Source of the DNA: Planctopirus limnophila DSM 3776
GTDB lineage: Bacteria; Planctomycetota; Planctomycetia; Planctomycetales; Planctomycetaceae
Assembly: GCF_000092105.1 (NCBI RefSeq)
Contig: NC_014148.1
Location: 300,001 to 332,000 of the forward strand
Direction: 5' to 3'
Length of the DNA stretch: 32,000 nt
Shown here in pieces: positions 25,219 to 32,000 of this stretch. How positions within the stretch are numbered: position 1 is the stretch's first letter; each line of letters starts with the position of its first letter. The translations under genes were made by a program, and so were the position numbers. Below the pieces are notes generated by a model. It worked only from the letters and a program-made list of their open reading frames with translations. It had not been told where the DNA came from and searched no databases.

Positions 25219-25342
25219 CATTCCGCCAGTCATGGCAAGTGTTTGAGAATTGTCCAGAATTTGTCTTCCTGACTTCGATCAATGACTCTAGGTACCACAT
25301 AAGTCCATCCTATTTTTGCATATCACTGAAAGATGATCTTCC

Positions 25343-26269
25343 GTGATTGAAACGAAACAACTGACAAAACGTTATGGCGATCTCATTGCGGTCAACGAGA
25401 TTAACCTGAGCCTGCGCGAAGGTGATGTCTTTGGCTTCATCGGGCCGAATGGTTCGGGTAAAACGACGACCATGCGCATGCTCGCCACGCTGTTGAATCC
25501 TGATTACGGCGAAGCTTACGTCTGCGGGAAGTCGATCTATACGAATCAGGAAGAGATTCGTCGACTGGTGGGCTATATGCCCGATTTTTTCGGTGTCTAT
25601 GACGATATGACGGTGCTGGAATACCTGGAATTCTTCGCCGCCTCGTATCGGATTTCCGGGCCCGCTCGCCGCAAGATTTGCGAAGAGAAACTGGAACTGG
25701 TGGACATGAGCTTCAAACGTGATGCCATGGTCAACCAGCTTTCACGGGGACAGACGCAGCGTATTGGTCTGGCGCGTGTGCTCCTGCATGAGCCCCAGGT
25801 GCTGCTGCTCGATGAACCCGCCAGTGGTCTCGATCCACGCGCTCGTATCGAAATTCGAAATCTGCTCAAAAGACTCGGTGAACTCAATAAGACAGTGATC
25901 GTCTCGAGCCACATTCTGCCTGAACTCGCCGATGTCTGTACCCGCGTGGGCATGATTGAAAAAGGTCATCTGATTGTCGATGGCTATGTCGATGAAGTCA
26001 TGCGCAAAGCCCGCCAGCAGATTCTTCTGCAGATTCAGGTGCGGGAACGACTGGAAGAGGCAGCTAAGCTTCTCGAACAGCATCCGCAGATTTCAAAAAT
26101 CGAAATCGTAAAGGGCCAGATCCACGCGACACTCGCACTGGAAGTTCTTGATTACAGCTCGATTCCCAGTACTCTGATCGAGAATGGCTTCAAGCTGACG
26201 TTGTTCCGCGAAGAAGAAGTGAATCTCGAAACGGCCTTCCTCTCATTGACTCGTGGACTGGTGCAGTAG
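25343..26269 (+). CDS. ABC transporter ATP-binding protein (ABC-2/CcmA-like) with a C-terminal extension
   Basis: Walker A GPNGSGKTT, Q-loop, signature LSRGQTQRIGLA, Walker B LLLDEPASGLD and H-loop SSHIL. GTG start. Confidence 0.93.
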   Translation: MIETKQLTKRYGDLIAVNEINLSLREGDVFGFIGPNGSGKTTTMRMLATLLNPDYGEAYVCGKSIYTNQEEIRRLVGYMPDFFGVYDDMTVLEYLEFFAASYRISGPARRKICEEKLELVDMSFKRDAMVNQLSRGQTQRIGLARVLLHEPQVLLLDEPASGLDPRARIEIRNLLKRLGELNKTVIVSSHILPELADVCTRVGMIEKGHLIVDGYVDEVMRKARQQILLQIQVRERLEEAAKLLEQHPQISKIEIVKGQIHATLALEVLDYSSIPSTLIENGFKLTLFREEEVNLETAFLSLTRGLVQ

Positions 26270-26314
26270 TGGAGCCTGCCCGAAGAAATCCGATCCACAC
26301 CGGCCCAGTTTAAG

Positions 26315-27367
26315 ATGAGCAACTCTCACCCAGCGATTGTGGGCTTGGATGTTGGGGGTGCCAATCTCAAGGCGTGGCATGCTGGGGGCCAGGCTCTCGC
26401 CATCCCATTTGCACTCTGGAAATCGCCGCAGGAATTGTCGAGCCAGATAGCGGCCATGTTGCAGCAATTACCAGCGGCAGATCGCGTGGTTGTTACCATG
26501 ACTGGCGAACTGGCGGATTGTTTTGCCACCCGCGCGGAGGGAGTCGAGTTTATTGTTCGTGCGGTGGAGCAAGCCGTCCGTTCGGTTCTGCCAGATTCGA
26601 TCATCCAGTTCTGGCAGACACACGGGAAATTTGTTGCTCCGAACGATGCAGTGGCGAGTCCTCTGTTGACCGCTGCTTCCAACTGGCAGGCATTGGCGTC
26701 GATGGTGGGATTGCTGTTTCCTCAAGATGATCTGCTGTTGCTCGACATCGGGAGCACGACGACTGATCTGATTCCCATTCTGCAGGGCCAGGCGAGTGCT
26801 GAGGGCCGCACAGATCTCGAACGGCTCGCTGCCGGCGAACTGGTCTATACCGGTGTTCGCAGAACAGTTGTCTGCCATATGCTCCCCTCTTTTCAGGGTG
26901 AACTTGGCCGATATGGCCATGTTTCGATCCCTTTGAGCAGTGAACTTTTCGCCACGAGCCTGGATGTCTATCTGCTCCTGGGGTTGATTGAGGAAGAGCC
27001 CGAAAACTGCGAGACGGCTGATGGTCGGCCCGCCACGAAAGAGTTCGCAGAGGCGCGGCTGGCCCGGCAGATCTGTTCGGATCAATCGGAACTGACGACT
27101 CACGACGTGATCAAACTCGCCATGGCCGCCGCCGCTGCTCAGCAGCAGCAGATTGTTCAGGCGACGCGAAGAGTCATTAATTGCGCATCGCGGCCTATCA
27201 AGAAAATTGTGCTCTCGGGCTCGGGAGAGTTTTTAGGCCGGCAGGTCGCAGTGCAGGCGTGCTTTCCGATGGAGGAAATTCTCTCTCTCAAAGACTATTG
27301 GACGACTGCAGGCTCCGAAGTGGCCTGTGCACGGGCACTGGTCGAACTGGCTCTGCAGGGATTCTGA
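26315..27367 (+). CDS. Hydantoinase/oxoprolinase-like ASKHA-fold protein of the 'probable H4MPT-linked C1 transfer pathway' type
   Basis: IVGLDVGGANLKA (phosphate-1 motif), VVVTMTGELADCF, LLLDIGSTTTDLIPI (phosphate-2 motif) and GELVYTGVRRT. This pattern matches my recollection of the TIGR03123-like family found in methylotrophs and Planctomycetes. Confidence 0.65.
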   Translation: MSNSHPAIVGLDVGGANLKAWHAGGQALAIPFALWKSPQELSSQIAAMLQQLPAADRVVVTMTGELADCFATRAEGVEFIVRAVEQAVRSVLPDSIIQFWQTHGKFVAPNDAVASPLLTAASNWQALASMVGLLFPQDDLLLLDIGSTTTDLIPILQGQASAEGRTDLERLAAGELVYTGVRRTVVCHMLPSFQGELGRYGHVSIPLSSELFATSLDVYLLLGLIEEEPENCETADGRPATKEFAEARLARQICSDQSELTTHDVIKLAMAAAAAQQQQIVQATRRVINCASRPIKKIVLSGSGEFLGRQVAVQACFPMEEILSLKDYWTTAGSEVACARALVELALQGF

Positions 27368-27444
27368 AATATCAATTCCTGAACCCGCACGAATGGTCTC
27401 GATCAAGTTGACATCTGCTTTTCTGGCAACCGCCAATACATTGA

Positions 27445-28767
27445 CTATGGCGTGGCGATTTTCCACAAGTGGGCATCGCTTCGCAGATAGAGAGCACCAT
27501 CAGAAAGCGATGGCGTGGCCAGGATCGTTTCATCCAGAAGACTCTCAGCGACGATGGTGCCTTTGCTGCCAGTGAGATCGACCACAAAACATTTACCCGA
27601 TTCATTGACGCAATAAAGCTTACGGTCAGCAATGACTGGAGAAGCACTGAAAGGACCTTCGAGCCTCAACTGCCAGAGGAGTTCTCCCTTATCGACATTC
27701 GCACAGAGCAAGACCCCCGCTCCTGAGAGACAATAAACTTTACCTTCCGCAACCACTGGCGTGGCTGTTCCAGGTTTGAGTTTGTTCTCCTGCCAGAGTT
27801 TTTCGGGAGGCGTATTCGAGTTGGCAGGCCGGAGTGCCACCAAGCCATTGGATGGAATGAAGATCGTCTCGCCTTCCCGTGCTGAAGAAGGAATGGTGGC
27901 GGCCCCTTCACCAAATGACCACAGGATGTTTCCTGTTCGGGCATCGACAGCATCGGCGCCTTTGGAGGACTGGAGCAGCACTGTCTGGCCATCGGCCAGG
28001 AGGAGTGGCGATGTCCAGTTCGCTCGCCTGGGGCGGTCCAGTTTCCAGAGGGTTTCACCCGTTGAGGTGTTGAGCCCGGTCGTGAGCGATTCGCTGTCAT
28101 TCTCGACCTGTGTCACCAGGACATCACCCGCCACCACCGGAGAGGAAGACATGCCCAGACTGTTACTGGCATTGGGGTAATCGAGTGTCAGGCCGCGCAT
28201 CCAGAGCAACTGGCCCGTAAGGTCGAGACAGATCACATCGTTGCTGGAGAAAAAGGCGAAGATCTTCTCGCCATCACTGGCGGGAGTGGGAGCTGCATTG
28301 CAGGTTTTGGGATGCGTCAGGCTGCGGCCTGTCGCCAGAAATCGGCGTTCCCAAAGTAATTCTCCTGTACTCGCTTTGAAGCAGAGGATGTGCAGATTGT
28401 CCTGCCTGGGGCCGGAACTTGCTGTCACGACGACCCGGTCATCGATAATGATCGGGCTGGAAAGGCCACGGCCGGGAAGATCGACCTTCCATGCCACATT
28501 TTTGCCACTGCTGTCAAACTCGACGGGTGGTGCGGCACTGCGGGAGATTGCCGTACTGGAACTCCCGCGAAATTGCCGCCAGTCTTCGGCAAGCAGTCGA
28601 TGATTCGCATGGATCCCCAGCGCCAGAATCAGCCCTGCACTGAGCCAGCCAACGGAAAACAGTGGCTTCACCGGAGAGATGTTCGCACGCGTTAATGGAC
28701 GGACCATAGAAGGCTCAATTCTGCTCTGGTGGCAACAGGATCCGTAATTCTGGCAATAATGTGCCAT
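27445..28767 (-). CDS. Secreted PQQ-like beta-propeller repeat protein (paralogue 2)
   Basis: 440 aa. EDWRQFRGSSSTAISR...VAWKVDLPGRGLSSPIIIDDRVVVTAS with repeated 'TG(E/N)xLW' blades. The likely start is an internal Met (MVRPLTRANISPV...). Confidence 0.8.
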   Translation of the reverse strand: MAHYCQNYGSCCHQSRIEPSMVRPLTRANISPVKPLFSVGWLSAGLILALGIHANHRLLAEDWRQFRGSSSTAISRSAAPPVEFDSSGKNVAWKVDLPGRGLSSPIIIDDRVVVTASSGPRQDNLHILCFKASTGELLWERRFLATGRSLTHPKTCNAAPTPASDGEKIFAFFSSNDVICLDLTGQLLWMRGLTLDYPNASNSLGMSSSPVVAGDVLVTQVENDSESLTTGLNTSTGETLWKLDRPRRANWTSPLLLADGQTVLLQSSKGADAVDARTGNILWSFGEGAATIPSSAREGETIFIPSNGLVALRPANSNTPPEKLWQENKLKPGTATPVVAEGKVYCLSGAGVLLCANVDKGELLWQLRLEGPFSASPVIADRKLYCVNESGKCFVVDLTGSKGTIVAESLLDETILATPSLSDGALYLRSDAHLWKIATP

Positions 28768-28841
28768 GATGGATGATCGACTGTGTCAATTAGTCATTTT
28801 GTAGAGGCAAATTCCAACAAAGTGCGGAATGGGGATCAATG

Positions 28842-30053
28842 TTACTCGGCTGGCAGGATGGCTTTACCTGAACTGTCAGTAATCCGCACTTTGAAAAACC
28901 ACTTCTGCGCCCAGTCTTCGGTTTGTTCATTCTGGCAGATCTTGAGCAGGATCTCATTGTTACCTTCCTGAAACGTGACGGGAATCACATACTGGTCGAA
29001 CATGGATCCGCGATGATATTCATCTCGTGCAAAGACCAGCTTCCCGTTGACCCAGACTTTCCAGGCATTGGGAGTCGTCAAGCGAACCTGGGCCGGGCCA
29101 GCCTTCGCAGCTTTGTAGTTAGTGACTGCGTAAGCGAGCGAATCGCGATAGTTCTTGAAGATGGGAATGAGATTGACTTCGCACATCTTGTCGGTCGAAG
29201 TGAATGGCTCCCATTTGACTTCCCCTTCTCGACCTTGCAGAGGAACTGCCAGATCGCGTGAGGCTTCAGGCGGATAGGTTTTAGCAAAGCCTTCTCTTCC
29301 GGAGTTGTCAAAAGGCCCGATCAGATTCCACTCCAGCAGATAGCCAAAATGTCTGGCCAGATCGACAGTGACACCCGCTGCTTTCAAATGATCGACCAGC
29401 ACTTTGACCTGATCTTCATCCGTCGCACCAGATAAACCCTTTTTCCAAAAATCCAGTCGCTCGGCATCATCTTTCGATGCATCGGCAGCAGCAATGAGCC
29501 GGGCCACTGCGAGCCGACGAAAATCGGCGGAAGGATCGTCAAGCATCCCGGGGATCAGTCGATCCTGGGCAGCAGGATCAACCTTGACGAGCCACTCGAA
29601 AGCCAGAAGCCTTGGGGTGGCCGATCGCGTGCGATCCAGCAGCACTTTCTCAAATGCGACCGCAGGAATCCCGGCTCCCGATTCCTGGCTGACAGCACCG
29701 GCTCGAAGTGAGCGGTCGGCAATGGTGTCGAAAGCCCCGGCCAGCCAGTTCATCGCCAGTGGCGAAGCCCCCTCCATGGCATCGAGCAGCGGCAGTAAAG
29801 CTTCTGGCCCTTGCGATGACAATTCTTTCTGGGCAGCGACAGCCGCTGGATAACCTTCTCCCTTTAGGCCAATCGATTTGATTCTGGCAACGAGATCGGC
29901 GAGAGAAGCGGTTTTGTCATTCGCCCAGGTTAGCGGGGTGAATAGCAACAGAGCGGCAAGCGTGAGCCCAATTCGATAGATCGAAGGCTTGATGGCATCG
30001 CCGGGTTGTGAAGTCGTTCTGCTGCAAAACGGAGACTGTGCACGAAACACCAT
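28842..30053 (-). CDS. Secreted protein: helical (HEAT/ARM-like) N-terminal half plus C-terminal beta-sandwich-like domain, unknown function
   Basis: GGTGAGGT lies 7 nt upstream of ATG 30053 (MVFRAQ...). The signal peptide is IGLTLAALLLFTPLTWA/NDK. The helical region is EALLPLLDAMEGASPLAMNWLAGAFDTIADR. The C-terminal region is WNLIGPFDNSGREGFAKTYPPE...WKVWVNGKLVFARDEYHRG...NEILLKICQNEQTEDWAQKWFFKVRITD. It lies 74 nt upstream of PQQ paralogue 2 on the same strand. Confidence 0.7.
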   Translation of the reverse strand: MVFRAQSPFCSRTTSQPGDAIKPSIYRIGLTLAALLLFTPLTWANDKTASLADLVARIKSIGLKGEGYPAAVAAQKELSSQGPEALLPLLDAMEGASPLAMNWLAGAFDTIADRSLRAGAVSQESGAGIPAVAFEKVLLDRTRSATPRLLAFEWLVKVDPAAQDRLIPGMLDDPSADFRRLAVARLIAAADASKDDAERLDFWKKGLSGATDEDQVKVLVDHLKAAGVTVDLARHFGYLLEWNLIGPFDNSGREGFAKTYPPEASRDLAVPLQGREGEVKWEPFTSTDKMCEVNLIPIFKNYRDSLAYAVTNYKAAKAGPAQVRLTTPNAWKVWVNGKLVFARDEYHRGSMFDQYVIPVTFQEGNNEILLKICQNEQTEDWAQKWFFKVRITDSSGKAILPAE

Positions 30054-30080
30054 AAAACTTACCTCACCTGCCACTGCCAT

Positions 30081-30116
30081 CGGATGATCATGTTTTATCG
30101 GATGATCATGTTTTAG
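30081..30116. repeat. Perfect 17-nt unit repeated at 18-bp spacing (CGGATGATCATGTTTTA x2), each carrying the 8-bp palindrome ATGATCAT. Candidate operator pair.
   Basis: The units occupy 30081-30097 and 30099-30115, which is 28-63 nt upstream of the preferred start (30053) of the HEAT/beta-sandwich gene. Confidence 0.85.
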
Positions 30117-30321
30117 AGTGAAGCCGTGTGCTCAAGATTTGAGAGAACTGCTTCAGGTAACTGATCATCTCAGTTCAACAGGTGTGAATCCAGTAGGAAA
30201 CTGCAATTCTAGTGATGGTGTCAAGTCAGCTGGAGGTTTGCTCAACATTAGCGCTTGTTAAGTCGTCAAAGCCATCAGATCGACATACAGAAAGTTCCTT
30301 CGTACGTTATCTAAACTAACC

Positions 30322-30936
30322 ATGAAATTTGTGCACCTGACACCTCAGCCAAGCATTTCCCGTGTCAAACGGAGTGGTATTCGTACGGGCCAGGGACGAC
30401 GAGGACGTGGAGTTTATGCCGTCCCACTTATGCTCTTGCCACAAGTCGCGTACATCGATGACGAGACTTTTGTCGCCGCTGATCCGCGCTCGTCGACAAC
30501 ACTATGGACTTGGCTTGCCAGTTTGAGAAGTCGCCACCGCAATCTGGCGGTCGTCACTTTTCGGACAACACCAGACCATTGGCCGGCCGACCTTTACATA
30601 GAACTCAAAGCTGGAGTCGGTACAGATTGGCTTTCAACTGTTGATCCAGAACTCGCTTTTATTGCCGAAGAAGATTTGCAATTTGTGCGAGAAGCTCACA
30701 GTCAAGGCTTTGTGGCGGATCTCAAACTCTCCGTTCGAAATGAAGCGGCGCTTGGCAAGATCTTACACACCGTTCAATCCCATGGCTTCAGAACATTGGA
30801 TCAATACGATGAATCCATCGAAATCATCTTCTCGTCTCCTATTCCATCAAAATTGATTGATCGTGTGACACCGCTCTATCGCACAAATATTAACTTCAAA
30901 GAGAGTCGAGATCAGGATCGCGACATTGGCAATTGA
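30322..30936 (+). CDS. Hypothetical protein (204 aa), no recognisable motif
   Basis: A clean ATG ORF in an otherwise ORF-free interval that is visibly more A+T-rich. MKFVHLTPQPSISRVKRSGIRTGQGRRGRGVYAVPL... No TM segment or signal peptide. Confidence 0.55.
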   Translation: MKFVHLTPQPSISRVKRSGIRTGQGRRGRGVYAVPLMLLPQVAYIDDETFVAADPRSSTTLWTWLASLRSRHRNLAVVTFRTTPDHWPADLYIELKAGVGTDWLSTVDPELAFIAEEDLQFVREAHSQGFVADLKLSVRNEAALGKILHTVQSHGFRTLDQYDESIEIIFSSPIPSKLIDRVTPLYRTNINFKESRDQDRDIGN

Positions 30937-31070
30937 TGGCTTCAAATCCTAATCTCAAACCACCGTTGATGAACTCGTTTTTGACAGGTACGAGTGATCC
31001 AAACGTCACGTAATCTATGGATGGATTTCAAGTCTGAAAAAATTCCAGTCGAGTCTCATCATGGGCGATC

Positions 31071-31715
31071 TCATCGAGCTTTGGCACGACTGGTCATTTT
31101 CTCACGGCTGGCGGTCTTTGAGTGCCCTGAAGATTTTGACTTTTGACGGCCCGTCGTCGTCGAGATGAATTTGGGTTCGGGCACCTGGCACTTTGTTGTG
31201 GCAGGCACAGGTGTTGCCCCTTGTGAGGTCCGGGAAGTCGTCGTGCGACGACCTTTGGTTTTCGAGTTTTGTGCAGGTTCGACATGTGTTTCGACTTCGA
31301 CCGTACTGGCCGCCGTATGCGGTGCATCGACCCGGAGAATGAGGCATAACCTCAAGATCTCAAAACGGGAGACCACGCCCACGAATTGACCCTTTTCAAC
31401 CACGGCGGCCCGCGAGCAGTTCCCTGCGCGGAACAGGTTGGTGGCGATCGCCAGATCAGTTGTTGGCGACAACGTCTGCACGCTGGTCACCATCCAGCGT
31501 TCAACTTTGGCGTCAGGATCGGTTTCTGCCAGTTGAGCCTTCAGCAGTTCATAATCCGGAAGAATTCCCAGCAGTTTTTTGCGTGGCCCTACCACATACA
31601 ACTCCTGAGCTTTCGAACTGATCAGCAGCTTGAGTGCGGCTGTCAAAGTCGCCTGAGGGGAAATCGTCACGGCAGTCGTCATCAGGTCGGCAACAGTCAA
31701 ACGCATGGCCAGCAA
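31071..31715 (-). CDS. CBS-domain pair protein with a basic, Ser/Thr/Lys-rich low-complexity C-terminal tail
   Basis: LTVADLMTTAVTISPQATLTAALKLLISSKAQELYVV...LLGILPDYELL and VERWMVTSVQTLSPTTDLAIATNLF...AAVVEKGQFVGVVSRFEIL form two CBS units. The tail is ...KTKGRRTTTSRTSQGATP...RQKSKSSGHSKTASREKMTSRAKAR. Confidence 0.8.
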   Translation of the reverse strand: MLAMRLTVADLMTTAVTISPQATLTAALKLLISSKAQELYVVGPRKKLLGILPDYELLKAQLAETDPDAKVERWMVTSVQTLSPTTDLAIATNLFRAGNCSRAAVVEKGQFVGVVSRFEILRLCLILRVDAPHTAASTVEVETHVEPAQNSKTKGRRTTTSRTSQGATPVPATTKCQVPEPKFISTTTGRQKSKSSGHSKTASREKMTSRAKAR

Positions 31716-32000
31716 TCCTTTGAAAGGACCAGTCGATAGAGTCGCAGCACCGCTGGCCCTGAGGGTTAGCCTGCGCGCTGCCGGAGAAACAGCTCTCCGC
31801 TTTCAAACGTAGTTCAGGAAAAGTCCCCGTGACGAAAAAAGACAACGCATGTTTCCAAATCGAAACACCACCCGCCCTTACAGACGGCAAATTCGCTAGA
31901 ATCAGAACTTTCCTCGCTGGTAGACTCCCTGTGTGGCCGCATTGTCGTATAACCCTTTAGGCTCAGAACATTTGTGATGTCCATGTGCTGATCTCACAGT

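Noticed and set aside
26468-27103. 211-aa minus-strand ORF
   Set aside because: It lies entirely antisense to the well-supported ASKHA-fold gene. It is Arg-rich, as is typical of off-frame translation of G+C-rich coding DNA.
31902-32000. Minus-strand frame open from the right window edge for 32 codons (…SAHGHHKCSEPKGLYDNAATQGVYQRGKF*)
   Set aside because: It may be the 3' end of a gene lying beyond the window, but 32 codons with no motif cannot be supported.
1-32000. Search for tRNA/rRNA genes, CRISPR arrays, transposase/integrase genes and riboswitch-like leaders (for example TPP upstream of thiS)
   Set aside because: I found no T-loop-like GGTTCGAATCC-type motif outside coding sequence and no regularly spaced 25-40-bp repeats with unique spacers. 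No recombinase-like ORF is present. thiS overlaps def, leaving no leader. The scan was by eye, so short ncRNAs could have been missed.

Overview
This 32-kb chromosomal window (roughly 53-55% G+C by eye) has gene content that fits a Planctomycetota-type genome. That assignment is an inference from several features: repeated 'DWxQFRG' PQQ-like beta-propeller proteins, an ECF sigma factor next to a giant membrane anti-sigma-like protein, an H4MPT-linked C1-pathway gene, and housekeeping genes scattered singly (rpmA without rplU, trxA, truD, def, thiS). I support about 27 protein genes and found no rRNA, tRNA or CRISPR array. Family calls come from motifs I read in the supplied translations (HxxEH, WCGPC, GxKD, EGCLS/HExxH, Walker A/LSGGQ-like, GxSxG, C-terminal GG and others). 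No database search was possible. Main observations: (1) The ORF track omits a 1261-codon open frame on the minus strand (1-3783) that runs off the left edge. I checked every codon. It is the anti-sigma-like partner of the ECF sigma at 3865-4419. (2) Behind yjbQ sits a translationally coupled cassette of three small acidic proteins (unknown, pentapeptide-repeat, unknown; 20819-21892). It is bracketed by a 54-56 nt direct repeat made of yjbQ codons, followed by a TGA-interrupted yjbQ relic and a terminator. This is my best candidate for an undescribed accessory module. (3) A 25-bp x3 tandem repeat (14839-14913) re-encodes Lys-His-Gly-His-stop in all three frames, and every core difference falls at a wobble position. 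(4) The FHA-GAF-histidine kinase has no ATG/GTG/TTG that would include its FHA N-terminus, so a non-canonical ATT start is likely. (5) There are two copies of a ~155-bp palindromic MITE-like element. One lies inside a segment flanked by a perfect 22-bp direct repeat. (6) A solitary ClpP-like protein keeps the Ser and His but has Gly at the Asp position. Several candidate operator repeats are also listed. Start codons were refined where a Shine-Dalgarno-like motif supports an internal start. The track translates GVG-type alternative starts as M.
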